Shown here: positions 53,684 through 62,877 of the stretch, one piece after another
Numbering within the stretch: position 1 is the stretch's first letter
Layout of the letters: every line of letters starts with the position of its first letter
Source of the DNA: a virus
Virus record (IMG/VR): IMGVR_UViG_3300046758_000611
Location: 64,001-128,000 of that record
Length of the DNA: 64,000 nt
Direction: 5' to 3' (one strand)
Notes under the pieces: model-generated
Seen by the model: the letters and a program-made list of their open reading frames with translations, nothing else
What the model was told of the DNA's origin: nothing
Databases searched by the model: none
Position numbers and translations under genes: made by a program

Positions 53684-54504
53684 TGTTATCAAAATTTATA
53701 GAATCAGTATACGAAGACAACACAGGTAATATGTGGAGTGAAGATCAATTGTTAAATTTGGTTAAAGATTGGGAAGACCCAAATCCAAAACCTATTATTA
53801 TGAACTACGAAGGAATTGATGTGGTTAGAGATGATCTTCTAAATCACGGTAGTAAAATTCGTTTCGTAGATAAACTTATTCGTGAAACTTCTGCAAAAGA
53901 AATTGTATTTGGGTGTTGCCCTGCAACAGGTTATGCACAAATATCTTTACCAGCAGTTGCACAGAAATACAACAAAAAAGTTGTATTGTTTATGGCAAAA
54001 CGCAATCCAGAAAACTATCATGAATATCAAAAAAGAGGAATGGACTTGGGTGCTATATACGAGTGGGTAAATATGGGAATGTTATCAGTTACAAAATCAA
54101 GAGCAAAAAAATATGTAGCAGAGGACCCAGAAAATAGAATGGAATTTCCAATCGGATTAGAACACCCAACGGTTGTAGCAAGTATTATTAAAGTTGCAAG
54201 AAATGCTTTATCCGAAAATCCACCAAGTGAAATTTGGAGTGTTGGATCAAGTGGAACAATTAGTCGTGGTTTACAACTTGCTTTTCCTGAGATACCTGTT
54301 AATGTAGTATCTGTTGGACACAAAATGAACGAAAGAGAAATAGGACGAGCAAAATATTACAGATCAGAATATCAGTTTGATAAGGCAATAAAGGAAAATG
54401 AAATGCCACCATTTCCATCTGCCCCAACATATGATGCCAAAGCATGGAAGTTTGTAAAAGAACACGCAAAAGAAGGTGCTTTGTTTTGGAATGTAGGTGC
54501 ATAA
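53683..54504 (+). CDS. PLP-dependent enzyme, fold type II (Trp synthase beta/ACC deaminase-like)
   Basis: VVRDDLLNHGSKIR (PLP lysine), WSVGSSGT, PTYDAKAW, FWNVG. Confidence 0.8.
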   Translation: MLSKFIESVYEDNTGNMWSEDQLLNLVKDWEDPNPKPIIMNYEGIDVVRDDLLNHGSKIRFVDKLIRETSAKEIVFGCCPATGYAQISLPAVAQKYNKKVVLFMAKRNPENYHEYQKRGMDLGAIYEWVNMGMLSVTKSRAKKYVAEDPENRMEFPIGLEHPTVVASIIKVARNALSENPPSEIWSVGSSGTISRGLQLAFPEIPVNVVSVGHKMNEREIGRAKYYRSEYQFDKAIKENEMPPFPSAPTYDAKAWKFVKEHAKEGALFWNVGA

Positions 54505-54505
54505 T

Positions 54506-56095
54506 ATGAAAAAATACTTTTATGAAAAAAACAATCTTGCGGAATGTAGAGTCAATATAACATTCCACGAACTTCTTCAAAAGAATGGAAAAGAATTAGA
54601 AGAGTGGATTGATGAACTTAGAAACTATATTGTTGAAACTTGGGATAACGAAGGTCTTCCTCCGAGAACTGGTAAAAACGAAAAAGACATCATAGCAAAT
54701 TTAAATAAGTTATCAGGATATAATGTATATAAGTTTCAACACACAGACGAAATGGACGGAACAAATACCATCATTAAAAACTTTAATAAGTTCGCAACTG
54801 TGGTTGATCAGTTTTTTCCAACGATGCTTAAAACTAAAATAGGTTCTAGTAAGCATACATCTTGGAGTGTATATGATTGCTTTGCTAATCCAGAGAAACG
54901 AGAAAGTTTCCACACTTGTATGAGAAGAACGGTCCGACGAGATTCATTTTATGCTCACGGAAGAACAATCAAGAAAAATGATTATGATGTTCCGTGTCCA
55001 ACTGAAAACGCAGAAGAGTGGGTTCGTAATTTTGTCAAAGAGAAACATCTACATCCATATAACGACTTTTGGATTATTGAGTTGTTTACAGAAAAAAAGT
55101 TTGATTCATATGAAGCAAGCAGTTTAATGTTAACGGCAAAGCAAATCAAGAAATTATACAAAGAAGGTTTGCTTAAATTAAACAACATTAGAAATTTAGA
55201 AAGAACTGCAAACTTCGGTGACGATATAGAAAATATAAATGATGTAATTATCGAAGACGAAAAAGAAGTACAATTCAAATTCAGTATTCGTTACTACAAC
55301 AAGAACTCAAGAATCTTTCCGTCAGCAATGGAAGCATTTAAACTTGGTCTTAGTCAACCAGCAGTAAACTTTCCTCCGTTGACTGCAAAGTATATTTATC
55401 AGACGTACACAGATCACATTCAAGATAAAAGCAATCTTCATATATATGATCCAAGTGCAGGTTGGGGTGGACGTATTCTAGGTGCTATGTCAGTACACGA
55501 TAGACAAATTCATTATATAGGAACTGATCCAAACACAGACAATTATATAGATGAACTAAATCAAAGTCGTTATGAATATCTTGCCGACTTCTTTAATGAC
55601 AAAACAAACGGAGGTAATCCGTTCTTTGGTCATCGTAACACTTACGATGTTTATCAGAATGGAAGTGAAGAAATTCACAAGAATCCGAGTTTTCAAAAAT
55701 ACAAAGGTAAACTTGATTTGGTTTTTACAAGTCCACCATATTTTAATCGTGAACAATATTCAGCAGATGAATCTCAGAGTTTCAAAAAGTTTCCAGAGTA
55801 TGAAGATTGGAGAGACAACTTTCTTCGTCCTACTTTGAAGACGGCTGCCGAGTATTTGAAGAACGATAGATATCTACTTTGGAATATCGCAGACATCGCA
55901 GACGGAGACGGATTTATGCCATTAGAAAAAGATAGTCGTGATATTCTTGCGGAATATGGACTTGAGTATGTTGAAACTCTTAAAATGCTTATGACAACAA
56001 TGCGTGGTGTTAAAGCAGAAACGGTTAAGAATTGTTGCAAGATAAACGGAGAGTTGCAAAAGTATGAACCTATCTTTGTGTTTTACAAGAAGTAA
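54506..56095 (+). CDS. DNA amino-methyltransferase (N4-C/N6-A type)
   Basis: motif I YDPSAGWGGR, YIGTDPN, motif IV FTSPPYF. Confidence 0.82.
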   Translation: MKKYFYEKNNLAECRVNITFHELLQKNGKELEEWIDELRNYIVETWDNEGLPPRTGKNEKDIIANLNKLSGYNVYKFQHTDEMDGTNTIIKNFNKFATVVDQFFPTMLKTKIGSSKHTSWSVYDCFANPEKRESFHTCMRRTVRRDSFYAHGRTIKKNDYDVPCPTENAEEWVRNFVKEKHLHPYNDFWIIELFTEKKFDSYEASSLMLTAKQIKKLYKEGLLKLNNIRNLERTANFGDDIENINDVIIEDEKEVQFKFSIRYYNKNSRIFPSAMEAFKLGLSQPAVNFPPLTAKYIYQTYTDHIQDKSNLHIYDPSAGWGGRILGAMSVHDRQIHYIGTDPNTDNYIDELNQSRYEYLADFFNDKTNGGNPFFGHRNTYDVYQNGSEEIHKNPSFQKYKGKLDLVFTSPPYFNREQYSADESQSFKKFPEYEDWRDNFLRPTLKTAAEYLKNDRYLLWNIADIADGDGFMPLEKDSRDILAEYGLEYVETLKMLMTTMRGVKAETVKNCCKINGELQKYEPIFVFYKK

Positions 56096-57841
56096 TTAAA
56101 TAGAACTTGAAAAATCTACTCGGTCTACATCAACTCCGAAAAATTTCATAAGTAGTCTAATTGCTTTTTTACCTTGTGCTACTATAAAGTCAAATGCAGC
56201 GGATATAGCATCTGACACCCATTTCCATGCTTTTTTCAAAACTTCCATAGTTGAATCTTTAAGTTTCTTGAATCCACCTTTTACGTTATCGACACCCTTT
56301 TTTAATAAATCAGTTGCATCACTAAAAAAACCTTCACACATCAATAACCTAAGAGAGTTAAACAATTCCATTTCATTTAGATTTTGGAAATTTTCATTTA
56401 ATACTTTATTTCCACCATCCACTTTATTAAATGCTTCTTTCATGATTGTAGAAAACGTTGGTATATATTTTACTCCATCCTTTTCCTCGGCAAGTCGGTT
56501 CACGGCAGACTCAGCTGCTTTCTTTGCAGTATCAGCTGCTTTCATAATATTACCACGCAGAGCAATATATGGAGTTGATCCAGAACCTGTTTTAAACGAA
56601 GCATAAAAGTGACACTTTGATGTCAAATCACTTAATCCTGCTTCGATATCAAAATACTTAGTAACTTTACCAGAGGGAGGATCAAATTCTACAATCGTAT
56701 CAGCACGTGAATCAGATGCAGTACCGAACTTAACATCACCCGAAGCAGCCTCAAACACAAATGCTTCTTTTAATTTAGGATTACTACTAAACTCTTGATT
56801 CAGATTCAACGTAATTACATTTCCTGCCTGTGTTGCATCTTCAACATCTTTTATTTGGTTTTGCATATCTTCAAGTTCTTTTAAAGCTTGTGGTGATCCA
56901 TCGTCTTTTAGTTTTTTTACTTTATCTTTGAATGCATCAATCGTTCCTTTATATCCTGATTTGCTTGTATCAAGCACCCCCGTTTTCAAAGTATTAAAAA
57001 CTTTTTTTAGTTCTGAACTTTCGTTTTCCCCAAATTTTTGGAAAGCAACCTCAAGTGTAGCAAATGCTTCAATTCTTTTGGCACTCATAATTTGAGAACC
57101 ACCTTTCTTTTTCAATGAAATTCGTTGACCACGATCACCCTTAACATCAGTTTTGGGAGTTTTACTTGGTTTATCTTTTTTACCTGCATCTGTGAATATT
57201 TTTGACCACTCGGAACTAACAGGAGCACCCCCCTTTCCACCTCCAATTTGTTGTAAAGCTCCTATTCCCTCTTTAAGAAATGCGTCTGCGAGGTTATTTG
57301 CCTGATCTCTAAGACCAGCCGAACCCCAAAATCCTTTATCGTTAATGCGTTTCCATTCATCTGCATATTCACCACTTGATAAATCTGCATTTTTGTTTTT
57401 CTTAAACGCAAGAGCAACTGCAATCATTGCTTCCCAATCTTCACCAGAAGGTTTCTTTGCACCCTTTACGGTTGACAGATCATTGAATGCTTTTCCTATG
57501 TATGCAGGAACTACACCGAACAGTTGATTTATCTTTCCTTTTTTATTACCCCAATCAACCAGATCATCTTTGTTGTTTGCTTTTAAAAGTTCTGCTTTCA
57601 TTTGTTTCCACAACTTTTTATCTTTAATCTTTAACTTTTTGTTTTTGTTATCTCTAAGATCATTTGAATCTACTTTTGAAATAAACATTTTCTTGTTATC
57701 TCTATGAGAATCAATAGTAAACAGAGTTGCCAATCCACCAAGACCACCATTTTTATCAGATGCTTCGTTTAGTAACTCGGCAAAATCTGTCGGAATCTCA
57801 ACCAAAGATGAATTCTTTATATAATGCTCTATAATGTCCAC
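56096..57841 (-). CDS. hypothetical protein with PD-(D/E)xK-like motif, possibly head-packaged
   Basis: KTPKTDV..ISLKK; GTG start 3 nt after ATATTTATT. Confidence 0.6.
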   Translation of the reverse strand: MDIIEHYIKNSSLVEIPTDFAELLNEASDKNGGLGGLATLFTIDSHRDNKKMFISKVDSNDLRDNKNKKLKIKDKKLWKQMKAELLKANNKDDLVDWGNKKGKINQLFGVVPAYIGKAFNDLSTVKGAKKPSGEDWEAMIAVALAFKKNKNADLSSGEYADEWKRINDKGFWGSAGLRDQANNLADAFLKEGIGALQQIGGGKGGAPVSSEWSKIFTDAGKKDKPSKTPKTDVKGDRGQRISLKKKGGSQIMSAKRIEAFATLEVAFQKFGENESSELKKVFNTLKTGVLDTSKSGYKGTIDAFKDKVKKLKDDGSPQALKELEDMQNQIKDVEDATQAGNVITLNLNQEFSSNPKLKEAFVFEAASGDVKFGTASDSRADTIVEFDPPSGKVTKYFDIEAGLSDLTSKCHFYASFKTGSGSTPYIALRGNIMKAADTAKKAAESAVNRLAEEKDGVKYIPTFSTIMKEAFNKVDGGNKVLNENFQNLNEMELFNSLRLLMCEGFFSDATDLLKKGVDNVKGGFKKLKDSTMEVLKKAWKWVSDAISAAFDFIVAQGKKAIRLLMKFFGVDVDRVDFSSSI

Positions 57842-57867
57842 GACAATAAATATATATCAAAGTAGAT

Positions 57868-59424
57868 TTATTGTATTCTTTCGGGATAATCTGTAAATAC
57901 ACCATTTACACCCAACTCACGCAAATATCTAATAGCACGAAGTTCATTCACGGTATATACATATATTTTCATGTTATTTTCATTACAATACTCAACGATG
58001 GGTGGTGTAATATCTTCTATATACAAATTTACAGAATATATATTTTTTTCAAAGTAGTCTTTCTTAAAATTCTTTATGTCTCTCAGTATGACATTATCTT
58101 CGTGAAATAATTGGGACACATTAATATCGGAATCACTTCGTCTTATCAAATTGACGGTTGCACAACTAAACGAACTTAATACAATATCAACATTCCTCCA
58201 TTGTTTCTTTTTTTGATAATCTCTAACAATAGCAACAATATTAGTTGCAATGCTACTATCCTTAACTTCAATATTAACACCACACCTTCCATCTATGCAA
58301 TCCAATGCTTGTTGCAAAGTGGGAATTCTTTCACAATTAGCATAAATTAATTTATCAAATTCATGTGATTCCAAATCACTCATTTTTTTATCTACACCAA
58401 ACATTCTATTTGCATTGTAATCGTGAAATACACACATTTTCCTATCAATATATTGAACATCAAATTCAATCATATCACAATTATATTCAATTGCTTTTTC
58501 AAACGCAGAAAGTGTATTTTCAGTGCAAGTGCCACTTGCCCCACGATGAGCAATATTAACAAACTTATACTCTTCTATTTCCGAAAAAAATTGTTTTATT
58601 TTACAAAACACACTACATTCTAACCCCTTGTCATAAATTGTAAGATGTGTATTTAATTTTGTTGTATATAATTTTTTGTATGTTGATGCAATCTTTTTGA
58701 AAGCACGAACACCACTACTATAAAAGACAGTAGGATCATTATATTCTTGTATTTGAAACACAGGACACAGAATTCTATCTAATATAGTTTTAGAAACATT
58801 AGACATTTTACGAAGTTCATTTGTTGCGGACAAATTAATTAGTGGTTGATTTAGTTCAGGCATCTCACTATGATTCGTAATACACTCAAGCATTATTTTT
58901 TGTAGATTAAATTTCTTACAAATTTTATTGTAAATCATGACACCTGGTAAAAGTTTATTGAATACATTTTTAACCCCAAACGGGCAATTAATTAAAACCA
59001 TACCCGCAAATCTTACATCTTTTAAAGTAGACACATAAGCACCCACACAACCACCAAGTGAAAATCCTATAAAGTAAACTTTATCACACTCATTAGAAAC
59101 TTTTTCATATTTACTTTTTACGTCATCTACCCAATCATTCCAAGTCACTTTTGTAATATTATCAGAATCGTATCCGTGACCACGCAATTCAACAAGATGA
59201 GTATCCCATCCGAAATTTTCAAAAACAAAATCACTAAGAGGGACCATTTGTTCGTGCTTTGATAAAAAACCATGACACAAAATAACCCCAACTTTTTGAG
59301 TTGAGGTTTTTTTGACCTTCTTTGATGAAATGCTTTTTTGCATTTCATTTTCCATGCACATATTGTTGTGTTTGCAACTTATTGGATATTTACATTCTTT
59401 TTTTGTGCATTTTTGTGATTCCAT
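57868..59424 (-). CDS. alpha/beta-hydrolase (lipase/carboxylesterase) fused to glycerophosphodiester phosphodiesterase
   Basis: CHGF, LRGHG, GFSLGG, NDPTV, TH; IAHRGASG..ENTLSAF..IEFDV..VFHD..NIEVK..YTVN..GVFTDYP. Confidence 0.85.
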   Translation of the reverse strand: MESQKCTKKECKYPISCKHNNMCMENEMQKSISSKKVKKTSTQKVGVILCHGFLSKHEQMVPLSDFVFENFGWDTHLVELRGHGYDSDNITKVTWNDWVDDVKSKYEKVSNECDKVYFIGFSLGGCVGAYVSTLKDVRFAGMVLINCPFGVKNVFNKLLPGVMIYNKICKKFNLQKIMLECITNHSEMPELNQPLINLSATNELRKMSNVSKTILDRILCPVFQIQEYNDPTVFYSSGVRAFKKIASTYKKLYTTKLNTHLTIYDKGLECSVFCKIKQFFSEIEEYKFVNIAHRGASGTCTENTLSAFEKAIEYNCDMIEFDVQYIDRKMCVFHDYNANRMFGVDKKMSDLESHEFDKLIYANCERIPTLQQALDCIDGRCGVNIEVKDSSIATNIVAIVRDYQKKKQWRNVDIVLSSFSCATVNLIRRSDSDINVSQLFHEDNVILRDIKNFKKDYFEKNIYSVNLYIEDITPPIVEYCNENNMKIYVYTVNELRAIRYLRELGVNGVFTDYPERIQ

Positions 59425-59457
59425 CCTAATACAATATATATTGGACAGAATTCAAAA

Positions 59458-59784
59458 TCAATCCCAATTTCCTTGTGCAGGATACATATCGTAGTTGGAA
59501 TTTAGATAACTATTTTTTTGATCAAGATATTCTTCATACATTTCCTTTTGACGATACTCAGTAAGTTTATCATTCATACGTTTACCCATCCACAATGCCT
59601 CTAATGCCAATTCACGAATTGCTCCGAGATTATATGCTTCGTCTTGGGCATTTTCAAATATCAAACGAACTACATTACATACGGTTCTTTTCTCGTCCAT
59701 ATTAGACGGAACAATGTCTTTTAATGCTTGTTCTCTATCTTCCTTTGAAAAGGGTTTTCCTTTAAATTCTTTTTTATCTGCCAT
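59458..59784 (-). CDS. hypothetical protein
   Basis: start moved to ATG 59784, 3 nt after ATATTTATA. Confidence 0.6.
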   Translation of the reverse strand: MADKKEFKGKPFSKEDREQALKDIVPSNMDEKRTVCNVVRLIFENAQDEAYNLGAIRELALEALWMGKRMNDKLTEYRQKEMYEEYLDQKNSYLNSNYDMYPAQGNWD

Positions 59785-59795
59785 GTCTATAAATA

Positions 59796-60125
59796 TTATA
59801 AAAACTGACTTTTCTTCCAACTTTCTGAGCTTTCTATGTTGATACAAATATCTGCGTTTTCGTAAAAGTTAATTGTAAGTTCATCTCCACATTTAACATC
59901 ATTGATAGTAAACATATGCAAATCTTTGCCGACAATTTTATTTATACAATTATTAGTATTGCTATGATTCTGAAAATTACCAACATCGGTTGCTTCACCA
60001 ACAACAACTTTGTGGTTAATCAATCCAATTCCTATATGACTTAAACCAATATCAGTATTTGCTTTTATATTCTCGGTAGCAATTAAACCGTGTCCGTGAA
60101 TATAAGATTCACTCAGTTTAAACAT
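59796..60125 (-). CDS. minimal SET-domain protein
   Basis: IHGHGLIATENI, FQNHSNTNNC, DVKCGDELTINFY. Confidence 0.75.
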   Translation of the reverse strand: MFKLSESYIHGHGLIATENIKANTDIGLSHIGIGLINHKVVVGEATDVGNFQNHSNTNNCINKIVGKDLHMFTINDVKCGDELTINFYENADICINIESSESWKKSQFL

Positions 60126-61048
60126 TATCTTCCTGCGAAGTCATCCATCTTGAACTTCGTCTTAAACTTTTTGTTAATGTCATCGAGAAACTTCTGAGAT
60201 TCAGGAGCAGTTACTTCACCCCAATCCAAATCACCATCAAATGTTTCAAGACTTCCGTCACGATTCATAGCAACCGACATAAGATGTCCGTTATCAACCA
60301 TAAAGGCAGCCCCATACTTTTCCATAGGAATCATTTTGGCTTTCTTTGCTTCGTTCATATTCAATTTATTTTTTAAATAACCACGAACAAGTTCACGTAA
60401 TTTTGTTTCTTGTTCGGCAAATACCTTACCACTATATTTATCAGATTTCAATTTATATTTCCTTACTATACTAGATAGTGCAGGTGCATTACCTGCAAAG
60501 TGTTTATTTGTTTCTTTGAAAAATGCTAAAAGTGCTTCTTTACCTTTTAAATCCATTTTACTTTTAAGTGCAGATTTAATAGCATCTCCACCTTTGATTA
60601 CTTGCAAACTAACTGGATTAGCATTTGAACCTGTATTCTTTTTAATTTTGTCCAACATTCCTGTAACGGTGCTTCCGATTGCGACAATCAAAGTTTTCAT
60701 TTCAAGGTCTTCTAAATTAGCAGGAAGAATACGAGCATTAAATTTTGCTTCTTTCATTGTATCTTGAAATATCTGCTCTTCCATTGAATACATTTTATTT
60801 GCTTGCCAAGTTTCAAATCGTCCGGCCTCTTTTCCGTTAACCATCCCATGCATAACCCAAGTAAATCTTTTTGAATTTGATTCGGCATCAAGGTCTTTAT
60901 ATTTTTTCTGTGCATCTTTTAGGTTCTTAAACACCTCAACACCACTTCCGTTAGATGTAATTTTTCCATTTTTTACACCAACAACTTGAACAGGCATATT
61001 AGGACGATACCCTTTCCACTCCTCACAAACAATATTTTCGGACTTCAT
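60125..61048 (-). CDS. hypothetical protein, possibly head-internal
   Basis: start at ATG 61048, 4 nt after ATATTTATT; modules separated by xxE motifs, KLRELVR. Confidence 0.6.
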   Translation of the reverse strand: MKSENIVCEEWKGYRPNMPVQVVGVKNGKITSNGSGVEVFKNLKDAQKKYKDLDAESNSKRFTWVMHGMVNGKEAGRFETWQANKMYSMEEQIFQDTMKEAKFNARILPANLEDLEMKTLIVAIGSTVTGMLDKIKKNTGSNANPVSLQVIKGGDAIKSALKSKMDLKGKEALLAFFKETNKHFAGNAPALSSIVRKYKLKSDKYSGKVFAEQETKLRELVRGYLKNKLNMNEAKKAKMIPMEKYGAAFMVDNGHLMSVAMNRDGSLETFDGDLDWGEVTAPESQKFLDDINKKFKTKFKMDDFAGR

Positions 61049-61079
61049 AAATAATAAATATATATCTATAACAAAAAAG

Positions 61080-61265
61080 TTATGGTTTATAATAAACACT
61101 TGCAGTTACCATCAATTGCTTGCCTTCGTATGACTCAGTTGTAATGTTTCTTCCACTTGAACTTGCAATAATTTTTGTTTTCCCACTTGCAGAATCTTTT
61201 GGTTCTTTTTCTATCGGCAAACGAATGACTACTTCATTTGTTTCTTTGTCTATTTCTACTTTCAT
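61080..61265 (-). CDS. small hypothetical protein
   Basis: GGAG Shine-Dalgarno-like site upstream; SASGKTKIIASSSG. Confidence 0.65.
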   Translation of the reverse strand: MKVEIDKETNEVVIRLPIEKEPKDSASGKTKIIASSSGRNITTESYEGKQLMVTASVYYKP

Positions 61266-61283
61266 TTTGATGCTCCTTTGAAA

Positions 61284-61359
<76 letters not shown>

Positions 61360-61408
61360 AATTATTTATATATAATGTATATATACATATATGTGTATAT
61401 AATAAAAG

Positions 61409-61498
61409 TGGCGGAGGATGCAGGATTCGAACCTGCGGAACCCGTAAGAGTTCAATGGTTTTCAAGACCACCGCCTTAAACCACTCAGCCAATCCTCC
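61409..61498 (-). tRNA. tRNA-Ser(UGA)
   Basis: long variable arm, loop CTTGAAA, GCCA end. Confidence 0.93.
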
Positions 61499-61510
61499 AG
61501 TTTTTATTTG

Positions 61511-61601
61511 TGGCGGAGAGAACAGGATTCGAACCTGCGGAAGGATTTATTCCTTCAACGGTTTAGCAAACCGTCGCCTTAAGCCACTCAGCCATCTCTC
61601 C
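61511..61601 (-). tRNA. tRNA-Ser(GCU)
   Basis: long variable arm, loop TTGCTAA, GCCA end. Confidence 0.93.
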
Positions 61602-61611
61602 TTACTTAAAT

Positions 61612-61688
61612 TGGCCTCCTCACGGAGATTCGAACTCCGGTTGCATGGATGAAAACCATGTGTCCTAACCTGACTAGACGATAAGGAG
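61612..61688 (-). tRNA. tRNA-Glu(UUC)
   Basis: CATGG-TTTTCAT-CCATG anticodon arm, TTCGAAT T-loop, CCA. Confidence 0.9.
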
Positions 61689-61696
61689 AAAAAATA

Positions 61697-61771
61697 TGGC
61701 TGCTCGGGTTGGATTCGAACCAACGACCAAGTGATTAACAGTCACCTGCTCTGCCACTGAGCTACCGAGCA
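61697..61771 (-). tRNA. tRNA-Asn(GUU)
   Basis: loop CTGTTAA, GCCA end. Confidence 0.93.
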
Positions 61772-61796
61772 ACACTGAAGACTCTTATTAAAGTTG

Positions 61797-61873
61797 TGGT
61801 CGGGATAGCAGGATTTGAACCTGCGACCTCTTGCTCCCAAAGCAAGCGCGATACCAGGCTACGCTATATCCCG
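61797..61873 (-). tRNA. tRNA-Pro(UGG)
   Basis: loop TTTGGGA, CGGGATA acceptor, ACCA end. Confidence 0.93.
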
Positions 61874-61884
61874 ATATAAAAAAA

Positions 61885-61960
61885 TGGAGCCACCTGTCGG
61901 AATCGAACCGACGACATCCTCATTACAAGTGAGGTGCTCTACCAGCTGAGCTAAGGTGGC
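61885..61960 (-). tRNA. tRNA-Thr(UGU)
   Basis: loop CTTGTAA, CCA end. Confidence 0.93.
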
Positions 61961-61974
61961 AATAAAATTGATTA

Positions 61975-62049
61975 TGGAGCATCGGACAGGACTCGAACCT
62001 GCATGGTAGGGATTTGCAGTCCCTTGCGTCACCATTCCGCCACCGATGC
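61975..62049 (-). tRNA. tRNA-Cys(GCA)
   Basis: loop CTGCAAA, U73 discriminator, CCA. Confidence 0.92.
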
Positions 62050-62180
62050 ACAAAAAGAAACATTTGCCCCTCTCGTTTTACGGTTTGGACACCCCTTATT
62101 GGTCGTTATGCCTACATTCCCTATGTAGGAAGATTTAAATATAATCTAATATATAATTGTATAAACAAAACGTCAATAAA

Positions 62181-62789
62181 TTAAAAAGAAGAATTTTTAA
62201 ATAAATAAGGTTTCCATTCCTCTCTCATGACATTACCTACTTCATAAAATGGTTTTGGTGGACTTGCTTTTAAGATTTCCCCTTTGTAGTCATAATATGG
62301 AAATATACTACCTTTTCTTGAGTTGCACTTTACACAGGTCAATGTTAAATTAAAATAATCATTGTCACCACCCTTGCTTTTTGGTTTGATGTGTTCTATT
62401 GTCAATTTATTTTGAGGAAAGTGTTCACCACAAATTTGACAAATGCCTTCGTATTTTTTGTAGAGATATTTAATTGAAGGTTTTCTTTTTGAGTTATATG
62501 TAAAATTTGCAGTAGTGAGAAGAATTGTAGGCACTGGTATAACATGGTTAACCGACCGAACAAAAGGTTGCTGGTCGTAAAAACCATGCTTGTATTCAAG
62601 CCATTTATTCCAGTCACAGGTGGTGCCGTCACTTGCAACTGCCATTACTTTTGGTCGTGTTTTGTGGAATCTCTCGGTTGCACCCATAAGTTTCTTTAAA
62701 CCTTCTTTTACCGAAGTTACATTTAAAGGTGTCCAATAGTGAGTCAATAGCAACACTAAATTTTCCGATGTAGTAACGTATTGATACAT
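62181..62789 (-). CDS. HNH endonuclease, McrA-like
   Basis: CQICG..LTIEHIKPKSKGG..NLTLTCVKCNSRKG. Confidence 0.88.
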   Translation of the reverse strand: MYQYVTTSENLVLLLTHYWTPLNVTSVKEGLKKLMGATERFHKTRPKVMAVASDGTTCDWNKWLEYKHGFYDQQPFVRSVNHVIPVPTILLTTANFTYNSKRKPSIKYLYKKYEGICQICGEHFPQNKLTIEHIKPKSKGGDNDYFNLTLTCVKCNSRKGSIFPYYDYKGEILKASPPKPFYEVGNVMREEWKPYLFKNSSF

Positions 62790-62877
62790 TTCTTAATAAT
62801 ATTATATAAATATATATGAAAATTCAATCTTAAAATTAAAGTTGACTAATTTAAGTGTTTCTGTTTTTAATATAAAC

